Shown here piece after piece: positions 1-12,029 of a stretch of 64,000 nucleotides of DNA. The stretch is from assembly GCF_964355755.1 (NCBI RefSeq), contig NC_092679.1, positions 16,847,432 through 16,911,431 on the forward strand, read 5' to 3'. Made by a program: the position numbers and the translations under genes. Below the pieces are notes generated by a model, which was given only the letters and a program-made list of their open reading frames with translations, made no database searches and was not told where the DNA came from. How positions within the stretch are numbered: position 1 is the first letter of the stretch; every line of letters starts with the position of its first letter. Source of the DNA: Antedon mediterranea (taxonomy: Eukaryota; Animalia; Echinodermata).

Positions 1-2495
1 GGTTAAAGTATTATGTGTGTATGAAAGCAGTGAAGTCACAGTCATTGTAGTGTTGTCGAGTTTCTCATAGTTATATACTGTATCAAATAATTTTTCATTT
101 CTCTTGATTAATTCACAAGTTTGTTGAACAGCCGACCCACCTTGATTAGGGAGCGTTCGATTTGCGACTACTGACGACCAAAGACACATTGGTTGACCTG
201 ACCGGTTGACCTGACCTGGTTAGGTCGTCTGTTCACATTGGTCGGTTGACAATCATCGCTCCTGATTAAATCAAGTGTGGAGTCCTACATCAACTGTTTT
301 TTGTAATTTGGCAACGTGTACTACAGTATTATGTTTTGTTAACACTACTCTGTCTGGTTAACATGTTTGTACGCAAGCAATGAATTCACATACGTAGTGT
401 TGTCTTTTTGCTTTTAGTTGTACTGCATCAATTTAGCTGTTAGCTGCAGTAACAAGTTTCTTATTTGTTGTACAGTCAAACCAACACGACTAAATCAAGT
501 TTGGTGTGTTCCACTGAGTTTTCTGAGATTCAGTGTATTTTGTACTACAGTAGTACTATGTATGTAAGCAATGAATTCACAGTCTAGTGTTGTCGTGTTG
601 CATAGTTAATAATTTAAATTAATTTTTCCTTTTACTTGTTTAATTAGTTGCTTAAATTGTAACAGTTAATTACACGTTAAGTCAACACAATTTTATAGGA
701 TTGTAATTAAGAGCCTCAAGTTTACTGTTATAAATGATATAGGCTAGTAAAAGCAGTTCATTTGCAGTACAATACTGTTATTGTGTTTGGTTAAACACTA
801 GCACGCTGGAACACCATCATGTTTGTGTACGTACAACCTATTCTAGACAGCATTTCAGCTTAATATTCATAAACATACATTTTAGCACATTTGGCATGCC
901 ATACCTATACTTGAGGTGGAATAAAAACCAAACTATCTTCAAGTGGCGATTGTAAAGGATGTAACAGCGGCAAAAAACAATAACCAGAGACTAGTTACAA
1001 GCAATTAATTCCATGTTTGTCGTGTTTCTATGATTTTATTATACAAATTTTACTTCATGCTACGTTTTTCTTGATGCCATGTTTTTCTCGGTACCGTATA
1101 TATAGCTAACGCAGTGTTGAACAACAGCGCAATATTAATTCATGTGCTTTTTACCGTTATGTCAAATATGAAATTAATTTTAGTTACATTTTGTAGATAT
1201 GCATATATTTTAAGCGATGAATTTTTCAGTTTTCAGCATCGAAGCATAATAATTGTTTCCGTAAATATATAATTGAGAATATTTACTTAAAAATACAATG
1301 TACAATTTTATATGTTTTAATTACAAAGTGAAAGCAAATGTTTACTACTAAATTTATTTGCCCGATAGTAAATGATATTATTTTGCGTAATGTTTGCCAA
1401 AATTTAAAATGAAATGATTTAATGAAACATATGTTAAAGAGTTGAATAAAATTTTCTGAATTTACATAAGCAAAATTTGTACATTGCAACTTGTGGGTAG
1501 GATGCTGACTGGATAAAACAAACATATGCTTTAATTATTTTAAATAGGTGTTGACATTCCATTGATTACACAGCAACTCAATATTATACCTTGTACGAAT
1601 GTATTCCTAAGATTTGATACCAAGGGTCAGTCCTGCCCCAAGCTGATTGTTGTCTATTATATATTTTTATTGTAAAATAATGTACTATTTACTAATTAAG
1701 CTCACATTTTGTATGAATTGTCAAAATACAGCAAATAATGTACACTTGTAAAAATAAAGGAGTATTCATTTGTGTTACATGAGTTGTGTTACATGTTATG
1801 TATAGATACAGTATTATAACACACCTACTGTAACTTGTAATTGTATCCTTGCTATTTGATTGGATGATTATGTATCACATGCCATGTATCCATCCTCATG
1901 ATAGCTGGTGGTACATTGCACATTTAAGTTCTTGTTGAAATGTTGTGCAACTCAAGGCTGGTTGTACGTTCACAGAGTCATCCTGTATTGTATTCTGTCT
2001 ACAACTACTCAACTTCATGACCAAAGTTTGAGCGCTATATTTTTTGTTGATGGGCCTTTCAAATTTAAAGTAGTTGTGTTATAAAAACAAAATAATGTTT
2101 GTATTATGGAATGTATAGAATATTTTCATGAGTTGAATGTGTAGAACAGCTCAATTCCTCTTTGAGAATGTGTACTCAAATACGGTACTTTAAAAGCCAG
2201 ATTTAAAAAAAATCAATTCTACCAAGATCATAAGGAGTTATCGGTTGGCAGAACGGGTTTGTGGTCTTGCTTTTATTTGCGTAAATATCTGATTGAACTG
2301 CTTATAATTTTTGTACCAAAAAAGTAAGGGACATTTTTTTTTATTTGTATGCAATATTTTATTTCAATTTTTGGTAGCAATTTTTCTTTATGACAGCTTT
2401 CCTCGTTATGAGGAACAGAACATTTTGCAGCAACTTAAATTAAGCTTAGGCCTACTCTGTATATTATGTCTTGAGGCATTCACATTAAAATATAA

Positions 2496-2649
2496 AGCTC
2501 TGTCTACACTATCTAACTTCATACAAAAAAATGTGATGTGCCCATATATGGACACGATGATGTCATATCCCTACTATATTTAGGCATACCATTACCATAT
2601 TTGGGTACATCACACTTTTTTTGTCTAGTTTGATAGTGTAGACAGAGCT
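2496..2649. mobile_element. PIF/Harbinger-type MITE family (about 155 bp), representative copy
   Basis: TIR AGCTCTGTCTACACTATC with TAA TSD. Further copies at about 24567-24669, 37720-37885, 38220-38399, 43850-43945, 46745-46854, 51658-51817, 53340-53463, 55208-55355 and 61536-61690. Confidence 0.88.
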
Positions 2650-3299
2650 TAAGATGGGATAAACGATAACATGTTTACACTAGTTTATGTACAAAGAAAG
2701 ACTTTAATTTTCTTGTTTAGGCCTATTTCCTCTTAATTGATGTTTATTGATTACTGCTGGTCTTAAAAGTCAGAGCAATTAATATGCTAACATGGTCAGC
2801 TCATAATGAACACACTTTATATTTATTCAATCAATTGTATTTCTTTTTGCACCTACACTACAGACAATGTATTCCAACCAGGTATTCAACTCAATTGTTC
2901 TAACTGCTAGATTTTCATAAGGTAAGAGTTAAGTTTTCATATGCACACACTAGCAATGGTTTAATCTGAACCTTAATAATGACACCCTCCTAGAGTGACC
3001 CAGACCTTAAGTGTTTATGCATATAACCCTAGTACAGGACCAAACAATAATGCGCTTGCAGTAGTACAGAGCCTGTAAAGAATACCTCTCAACAGACCTA
3101 AGTGTTCTTCATCATTCGCATCAATTGCTTTAACAAATACAAAATGTATGCAAGCCTTTAATAGCAAAACATCTGTAAATTGGCCAAGATAGTGAGTCTG
3201 CTGATCTTATATTAACAAAAAACAGAAGTTTCCATTGCACTCAATCATTTGCCTCTTCAACCAGCTGACGTCAGGGTACGATTGATGAACTTTGACCAG

Positions 3300-5452
3300 T
3301 TACATTTCATCAAGATCTTCCTCTGGGAAATCTCCGACCGTCACAAAGTTTGGTTTGGTAAAGCCGCCGTATTTATCTGGACATTCAAAATACTTCTTTC
3401 CACCAACACTGTGAATACAGAAAAGTATTACAACACGATTTATAGTAGTGATATTGAACTGGTTGTGGATTTGGGGTTCAATAACTAATACTCCTGTCTG
3501 CAATCTAAGCAACTGTGTATGCTAAAGCTTAGATGCAATACTGGGTCATAAGCGCGCTCCAAGTAATTTGACCAATCACGACGCGATGGATTGGTCAACT
3601 TGCTTGTGTTGCACCTATGTCATTGCATTATGCCCAGGTGGGTACAAAGCTATACTGATAATCTCACCTGCCATCATTCTTTCCATGAGGTTCATCATAC
3701 TGTATACCAACCCACCAACCTGGTTTAAAGTCTGTTTTACCTATAAATAAAAACAAAACACATTATATTCACAGTGTAAATATCATTCCGTATTCTAGCA
3801 CAGGATCAAGGCTCTCCTCGACTTGGACAAGTACTTAAAACTGGAGGTTTAGTGTACACATATAGTTTGTGTACACTTTAAAGAAATCAGTGCATATTTC
3901 AGACGAGTAGAAGGTTACCTTGGTGTGCTAGTCCCAATGAGTGCAGTTTGGTGGTAAACATGACACGACTTCAACATGAAGGGACCTTTGGGTGAAATGA
4001 CATTTGCTGTACACTATGTGACAATTTCAGTTCAATGCTAGTTGGGAAAATCACCACCAAACCTCGAGAACATTATTTACAAAGCGTTTTTTGCAGGAAA
4101 AAATGTATTTAGATCAGCTTGACAAAACAATTCATATATCCTCACCTACGAACATGACAGTTCCTCTTTTTACAGGGGGTACTTTTGGATTATTGACCTC
4201 ACACCTTGACCCTACAGTAATAGCTTTTGCTAATGCTTCTTCTTCTGCTGCTTTCCTCAACTGTTCTTCCTCCCTCTTTTTCTCTTCTTCCGGATCCTTA
4301 TCAGCGTATTTCCCAATTTTATTCTTTATTTTAAAAGCACGAACTGAATCTGAAAATGAATAATATTTTACAGGACTATTTCATTAATATGTGTAATGAA
4401 ATTTAAGCGTTATTGTGTTTTACAGTGTACATCATGCGAATAGGCCACATTGCATCACCTTTTCACTGATTTTTTTTGTCCATATATAAGTAAAATATTC
4501 AAAATACAAAAAATATAAACAAAACCTTAGGCTGCGGAGAAAGTTGTTGACAATGAACGTTGATATAGATTATTGTAACAATTGTAAAGAATGAAAGTGA
4601 ATCTCACAAAAGACAAAAAAAGTCCCTTTATTCATAGCGGTGTAACCTGAATATTAATAGTTGTCCCGAATGAAGGGTTTTACTGTAAATATAAGACTGT
4701 CAAAAGAAAACACTGTCACAAAGTAAAAAAGGTACATATTATAAGAAGATAGTTTAAGACTCCTTTTGTTTACCAGTTCTAGCGCTATACTCCTCAGCAG
4801 AAATCTCAAATTTCTCTACTTTTGAAACATCTTCATATTCGCCAACAGTTCTTGTGGCATCTTTATCAATAACCTATCAAGAAAAAAAAATGTGATCAAT
4901 ATATTATGTAAATTCAAATCTTCACAGTGAGCAGTTACCAAACAGGTAGGGATTTCCCCAACTAATCATCGGTTTTTTTCCAACATCATTACACCACTTA
5001 CATGTATTCTCATATTATCTTCAATTGGAAATGATCCTAGTAGCGCAGCATCGTCTGACATTGACACCATCAGCTTACCATTAGCATCAAATAACTGCAG
5101 CTCCATATATGATGCTGAAGATCCAACAATCATCTCTAATTTAGACTTTAAAAAAAGAAGTGATATATATATATTACAATCGGTAAAATGTCTGATACCT
5201 CTAGGCCTGACATACTTTGCTATGACTGCTGTCTGGGTGATGGGCCGGGCGATAAAGTTAATATCTAAGGCTAGCAAAAGCAGACATCAAATTGGACCAA
5301 CTCAAACAGCTAGGCCTAGGAGGTTACCACGTTTTTACCTTTACTTCAGAAATGGTTATATCTTTTGGAAATCTACGTTGACTTCCAAATGAATTTAATG
5401 AACTAGAAATAGCAACATTCACAATATCCTGAGTTACGACGGAATAAGACAT
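3300..5452 (-). CDS. TBCB: Tubulin-folding cofactor B, complete spliced CDS (247 aa)
   Basis: Six GT-AG exons 5452-5339, 5145-5002, 4873-4774, 4349-4146, 3740-3668, 3408-3300 join in frame (744 nt). N-terminal ubiquitin-like region ([18 protein letters not shown]...[18 protein letters not shown]), [12 protein letters not shown] segment, and CAP-Gly domain ([25 protein letters not shown]). Confidence 0.96.
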
Positions 5453-6079
5453 GTTTTCTAACTTCTTTTTTGGATTGGTTTTTTCCCGATTCTGAATTTG
5501 TTTAGGTCTATATTACTATAGCGCCACCAACGGAGCAAAATGAATTATAAGAAGATTTACAGGTATAGTATGTAGTTGTTTTTTGATAACAGAGAGCTAT
5601 CACTTATGCCATCCTCGTATATAATTAATTTCGTACGGAAATACATTTAATTGATAATATCATTAGGTAGAGTATCCTTCTTACAATTAATTATCAGTAA
5701 TATATATAACTTTTTAAATGTTAGGGATATATTTTAAAATAACTATAAATAGATATATAATTACACAAACTCAAGATGTTCTTTTCTGCCTGAAACCTAG
5801 GCCCACCCTAGGCCTCCTCCTCTGTGCTCTCACCAAAGATCGTATAGCGCCACTTCGTGGCGCTATAGTATCTTTGGCTCTCACTTCGTTCGTTTTGCTA
5901 CCTGATCCGTGCAGGCCTAGGCCTAGGCTAGACTGGATATTATGATTGCAAGCCAAAAAGGTAGATTTAGAAGCATATTTTATTGATTACCCATCATCAG
6001 TGTCACCCTTAACAGATAGTTAAGCTATATTTGTAGGTCATAGCTTATTTCAGACAATATTTTAGCCTCCAAAAAGGGC

Positions 6080-6720
6080 AGATTAGGCCTAGGCTAGGCC
6101 TAGCCTATTATTATAGCCTACTGTATAGGCCTAGGCCTAGCTAGAAAGAGGCTAGGCCTAGGCTAGCTAGGGCCTAGGCCTAGTTAGGCTAGCATCTCGC
6201 TACTCTAGCTAGTAGTTTAGGCCTAGGTAGGCCTAGTACTACTAGGCCTATAGCCTAGCTGGCCTACTAGTACTAGGGCTAGCCTAGTCTTGCTAGGCCT
6301 AGAAAGAAGTAGTAGGCCTAGCTAGGCTACTACGGATCCGCTACTACTACTAGCTAGGCTAGGCTACTAGGCCCACCTGGTTAGGGATCCCCTAGTTAGG
6401 CCCTACTAGGGAACTGGTAGGCTAGCTAGCTAGGCCTACTTACTAGCTAATAAATAAGTCTAGGCCTAGGCTGCCTAACTAGCTAGCTCTATGTATTCTA
6501 GTTAGGGCCTAGACTAGTTTATTAGGCCTTTGTTTAGGCTGATTAGGCCTGCCTAGTCCTAGTTAAATAAATAGGCATATAACCAGGCTCAGTCTAAACA
6601 CTCTAGGCCTATCTATATGAGACCTGTGCTATTAATTATAGGACTAGACCTAGGGCCTTGCTAGCTAGCCAGCAGAATGGTCTAGAGAGGCATAGGCCTA
6701 GCTAGGGATAGGCTGGGGAG
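6080..6720. repeat. Low-complexity tract of palindromic AGGCCT/CTAG/AGCT words
   Basis: Dense, non-periodic TAGGCCTAG, GCTAGC and TAGTACTA motifs. Confidence 0.8.
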
Positions 6721-7077
6721 TCATAGACAGCCTATCTATATAAAATATTATTATTTCATTGCTAATGCCAAGGTATTATTTAGGCCTGTTTATTTTCAGG
6801 TTGAAAGCAATGGATAAAGAGAGATTCAATTCTACAACAAAAGTCAAACTCAAACTGATAATTAACAATGTTTCCAGTTAATTAATGTTAATTATTTTAA
6901 TAGATTGTAGTGACCCTAACTACCTTACTGTTTGTGTATGGCTGTAATATTATATTAAATGTCATCACAATTAGTAAGGTTGTGAGGCTTCACAATTTCA
7001 AACAACTCTTCACTTCTTCATGTGGATGGATTAAAAAATACTGTGAGTATTGTACACTCTTTATATGAATATATCAT

Positions 7078-9745
7078 CAATCACAATATCAAATATGATC
7101 AGTGTAGTCAAAATTTGATAACTTAGCATGAATCTTTTAATATCTACATCATCAATAATTAATATTAATATAAATCTACATCACAATGTTGGATATGATC
7201 TTTGTAGTCAAAATTTGATAACTGAGCACGCATCTTTTAATAACTACCTTATCAATAACTATTAATAATGTCCTATATCACAATGTACAGTAGGATATGA
7301 TCAGTGTTAGTCATAATTTGATAACTGAGCACGCATCTTTTAATATCTACCTCATCAATAATTAATATTAGTATCATATATCACATTGTTCGATATGATC
7401 AGTGAAGTCAGAATTTGATAACTGAGCACGCATCTTTTAATATATACCTTATCAATGACTATTAATAATATCCTATATCACAATGTTGGATATGATTAGT
7501 GATTAGATAAATGAGCACGCATCTTTCAATATCTATTTCATCAATAATTATTTGTATTTTGTATTTGTATTTTTGTATTTGTATTATAATAATTATTATT
7601 AATAATTTATATCACATTGTTCGATATGATCAGTGTAGTCATATTTGATAACTGAGCACGCATCTTTCAATATCTATTTCATCAATAATTATTTGTATTT
7701 TGTATTTGTATTTTTGTATTTGTATTATAATAATTATTATTAATAATTTATATCACATTGTTCGATATGATCAGTGTAGTCATATTTGATAACTGAGCAC
7801 GCATCTTTCAATATCTATTTCATCAATAATTATTTGTATTTTGTATTTGTATTTTTGTATTTGTATTATAATAATTATTATTAATAATTTATATCACATT
7901 GTTCGATATGATCAGTGTAGTCATAATTTGATAACTGAGCACGCATCTTTCAATATCTATTTCATCAATAATTATTTGTATTTTGTATTTGTATTTTTGT
8001 ATTTGTATTATAATAATTATTATTAATAATTTATATCACATTGTTCAATATGATCAGTGTAGTCATAATTTGATAACTGAGCACGCATCTTTCAATATCT
8101 ATTTCATCAATAATTATTTGTATTTTGTATTTGTATTTTGGTATTTGTATTATAATAATTATTATTAATATTATATCACATTGTTCAATATGATCAGTGT
8201 AGTCATAATTTGATAACTGAGCACGCATCTTTCAATATCTATTTCATCAATAATTATTTGTATTTTGTATTTGTATTTTGGTATTTGTATTATAATAATT
8301 ATTATTAATATTATATCACATTGTTGGATATGATCAGTGTAGTCATAATTTGATAACTGAGCACGCATCTTTCAATATCTATTTCATCAATAATTATTAT
8401 TAATAATTTATATCACATTGTTCAATATGATCAGTGTAGTCATAATTTGATAACTGAGCACGCATCTTTCAATATCTATTTCATCAATAATTATTTGTAT
8501 TTTGTATTTGTATTTTGGTATTTGTATTATAATAATTATTATTAATATTATATCACATTGTTGGATATGATCAGTGTAGTCATAATTTGATAAATGAGCA
8601 CGCATCTTTCAATATCTATTTCATCAATAATTATTTGTATTTTGTATTTGTATTTTTGTATTTGTATTATAATAATTATTATTAATAATTTATATCACAT
8701 TGTTCGATATGATCAGTGTAGTCATATTTGATAACTGAGCACGCATCTTTCAATATCTATTTCATCAATAATTATTATTAATAATTTATATCACATTGCT
8801 GGATATGATCAGTGTAGTCATAATTTGATAACTGAGCATACATCTTTAAAAATCTACCTCATTAATAATTAATATTAATAATCTATATCACACTGTTGGA
8901 TATGATCTGTTTAGTTTTTTAATATCTACCTTATCAATAACTATTAATAATATCCTATATCACAATGTTGGATATGATCAGTGTAGTCATAGTTTGATAA
9001 CTGTGAGCATACATATTTTAATATCTACCTCATCAATAATTATTATTAATAATCTATATCACAATGTTGGATATGATTAGTGTAGTCATAATTTGATAAC
9101 TGAGCACGCATCTTTCAATATCTATTTCATCAATAATTATTATTAATAATTTATATCACATTGTTGGATATGATCAGTGTAGTCATACAGTAATTTGATA
9201 ACTGAGCAAAAATCTTTTAATATCTACCTCATCAATAATTAATATTAATAATCTATATCACATTGTTCGATATGATCAGTGTAGTCATAATTTGATAACT
9301 GAGCACGCATCTTTCAATATCTACCTCATCAATAATTAATATTAATATCATATATCACATTGTTCGATATGATCAGTGTAGTCATAATTTGATAACTGAG
9401 CACGCATCTTTTAAAATCTACCTCATCAATAATTAATATTAATAATCATATCGCATTGTTCAATATGATCAGTGTAGTCATAAATTGATAACTGAGCAAA
9501 AATCTTTTAATATCTGCATCATCAATTAATATTAATAATCTATATCAAACTGTTGGATATGATCTGTTTAGTTTTTTAATATCTACCTTTTCCAAAATAA
9601 TATTCTATATCACAATGTTGGATATGATCAGTGTAATCATAGTTTGAACTACCTCAACAATAATTAATATTAATTGTCTATATACCAATATCAAATATCA
9701 GTGTAGGCCTAGTCATTTGATAACTGAGCATGCATCATTTTATAT
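7078..9745 (+). repeat. Tandem array of about 97-bp satellite; central units lengthened to about 140 bp
   Basis: Repeating core ATATCACATTGTTGGATATGATCAGTGTAGTCATAATTTGATAACTGAGCACGCATCTTT. Units at about 7510-8700 carry an added (TTGTATTT)n block. Confidence 0.95.
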
Positions 9746-9769
9746 CTGCTTCAAATATTAATATTGTCC

Positions 9770-11295
9770 GAATATAATAAGTGGTTTGAAGGATTTTTGC
9801 AGATGGCCTTTTTTGCATTGTAAAGTTTACACTTTAAAATCTGTCAATTTATCCAAAAAGGTCAAACTTTGACCTATTTCAATAAAATCATTTCATAAGT
9901 TGTCTTCTTTTATAGTTTTAGTGATAATCAATATTAAGTGGTTTTTTACCCCAAAAAAGTCAAACCTAGAGCTATTTTAATAAAATTATTTCATAAATTG
10001 TCTTCTTTTATAGTTCTAGTAGTGATATAATCAATATTAAGTGGTTTGGATGATGTTTGTGGGGTGTTTTTTTAAAGTTTGCACAGTTTACATGGTAAAA
10101 TGTGTCAATTTATTCCTAGAGCTATTTCAATAAAATTATTTCATAATCACCCCAAAAATGTCAAACCTAGAACTATTTTAATAAAATGATTTCATAAATT
10201 GTCTTCTTTTATAGTTCTAGTAGTGGTATAATCAGTATTCAATTGTTTGAATGATGTTTGTGGGGTATTTTTTAAAGTTTGCATTAAGTTTACGCAGTTT
10301 ACATGGTAAAATCTATCAATTATCCAAAATTGACATTTTTCACCCTAAAAAATCAAACCTAGAGCTATTTCAATAAAATGATTTCATAAATTGTCCTCTT
10401 TTATAGTTCTAATAATGATATAATCAATATTAAGTGGTTTGAATGATGTTTGTGGGTGTTTTTTTAAAGTTTGCATTAAGTTTACGCAGTTGAAATGGTG
10501 AAATCTGTAAATTTATCCAAAATTGGCATTTTCACCCTAAAAAATCAAACTTAGAGCTATTTCTATTAAATTATTTTATAAATTGTCCTCTTTTATAGTT
10601 CTTGTAGTGCTATAATCAGTATTAAGTGGTTTGAATAATGTTTGTGGGGTGTTTTTTTTAAGTTGGCATTAAGTTTACGCAGTTTACGTGGTAAAATCTG
10701 TAAATTTATCCAAAATTGACATTTTTTACCCAAAAAATTCAAACCTAGAGCTATTTCAATAAAATTATTTCATAAATTGTCCTCTTTTATAGTTCTTGTA
10801 GTGGTATAATCAATATTAAGTGGTTTAGATGATGTTTGTGGGGTGTTTTTTTTAAAGTTTGCACAGTTCACATGGTAAAATCTGTCAATTTATCCAATAT
10901 TGACGTTTTCACTCCAAAAAAGTCAAACCTAGAGCTATTTCAATAACATTATTTCATAAATTGTCTTCTTTTATAGTTCTAGTAGTGCTATAATCAGTAT
11001 TCAATTGTTTGAATGATGTTTGTGGGGTATTTTTTAAAGTTTGCATTAAGTTTACGCAGTTTAAATGGTAAAATCTGTCAATTTATCCAAAAATTGATAT
11101 TTTTCACCCGAAAAAATCAAACCTAGAGCTATTTCAATAAAATGATTTCATAAATTGTCCTCTTTTATAGTTCTTGTAGTGGTATAATCAATATTAAGTT
11201 GTTTGGATGATGTTTGTGGGTGTTTTTTTAAAGTTTGCATTACGTTTACGCAGTTTAAATGGTAAAATCTGTAAATTTATCCAAAATTGACATTT
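9770..11295. repeat. Tandem repeat, about 190-bp unit, about 8 copies
   Basis: AAACCTAGAGCTATTT recurs near 9962, 10163, 10355, 10547, 10741, 10925 and 11119. Confidence 0.9.
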
Positions 11296-12029
11296 AAAAA
11301 CACGAACTAGGTTGTAAAAAGTGAAGGAAGTCATTATATTTTATTATTGTTTGGTCTACCCATAGTTATAGCAGGGAAGAGTTAAATTTAACTCTTCCCT
11401 GGTTATAGGTAATAAAGGATGCCTATCATAGTCAAATGGCAATAACTGATTAGCCGAGACCAATGACATTTAAAACAACTCCTACTTAAAATTCCCTACT
11501 TATACAGTACAGCAGCTTTTTGATTGGCTGCAAGTTTAGTTTTCTGTTCGTTCATCAGAAATGGTATACATAATTATTAATCAATAAGATTACTGGATTT
11601 CTTTAGTATTTCTGACACATTTCCAATCTTAATTGAATTATTAATGTAATGGAAATTGGTCATAGGCCTATTATAGCAACATATCATTTCTGGAAGAGTA
11701 TTACGGTCTGTATAGATCGATGTTAAAACACACGTCCTCATTTATCAAATAATTCATTCACTGCACATTTATTCTGTTAAGAAGAACTGGGACCCTCAAT
11801 AGAAGCCAAAGCATGTCTCATGATGGCCTCTACAATACATATCAAACATAAAAAGATATGGAATATTTTTATTTTTACAGCGGCACACGTTCATCATAAA
11901 CGATGCGTTCTTAAAAGTATAAATTTAAACAGCAAACGGATACAAATCAATAGGGTAATTAGGAACAAAAGAATAACACATTTTCAAAACCCATCGACTC
12001 GATCTCTTGTATACAGTAAATCTAACAAA

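Noticed and set aside
1-2400. Possible gene in the first 2.4 kb
   Set aside because: Only short AT-rich ORFs and decayed repeat fragments; no coherent exon chain.
7841-8605. Repeated 61-65 aa Ile/Tyr/Asn-rich ORFs
   Set aside because: Translation artefacts of the satellite.
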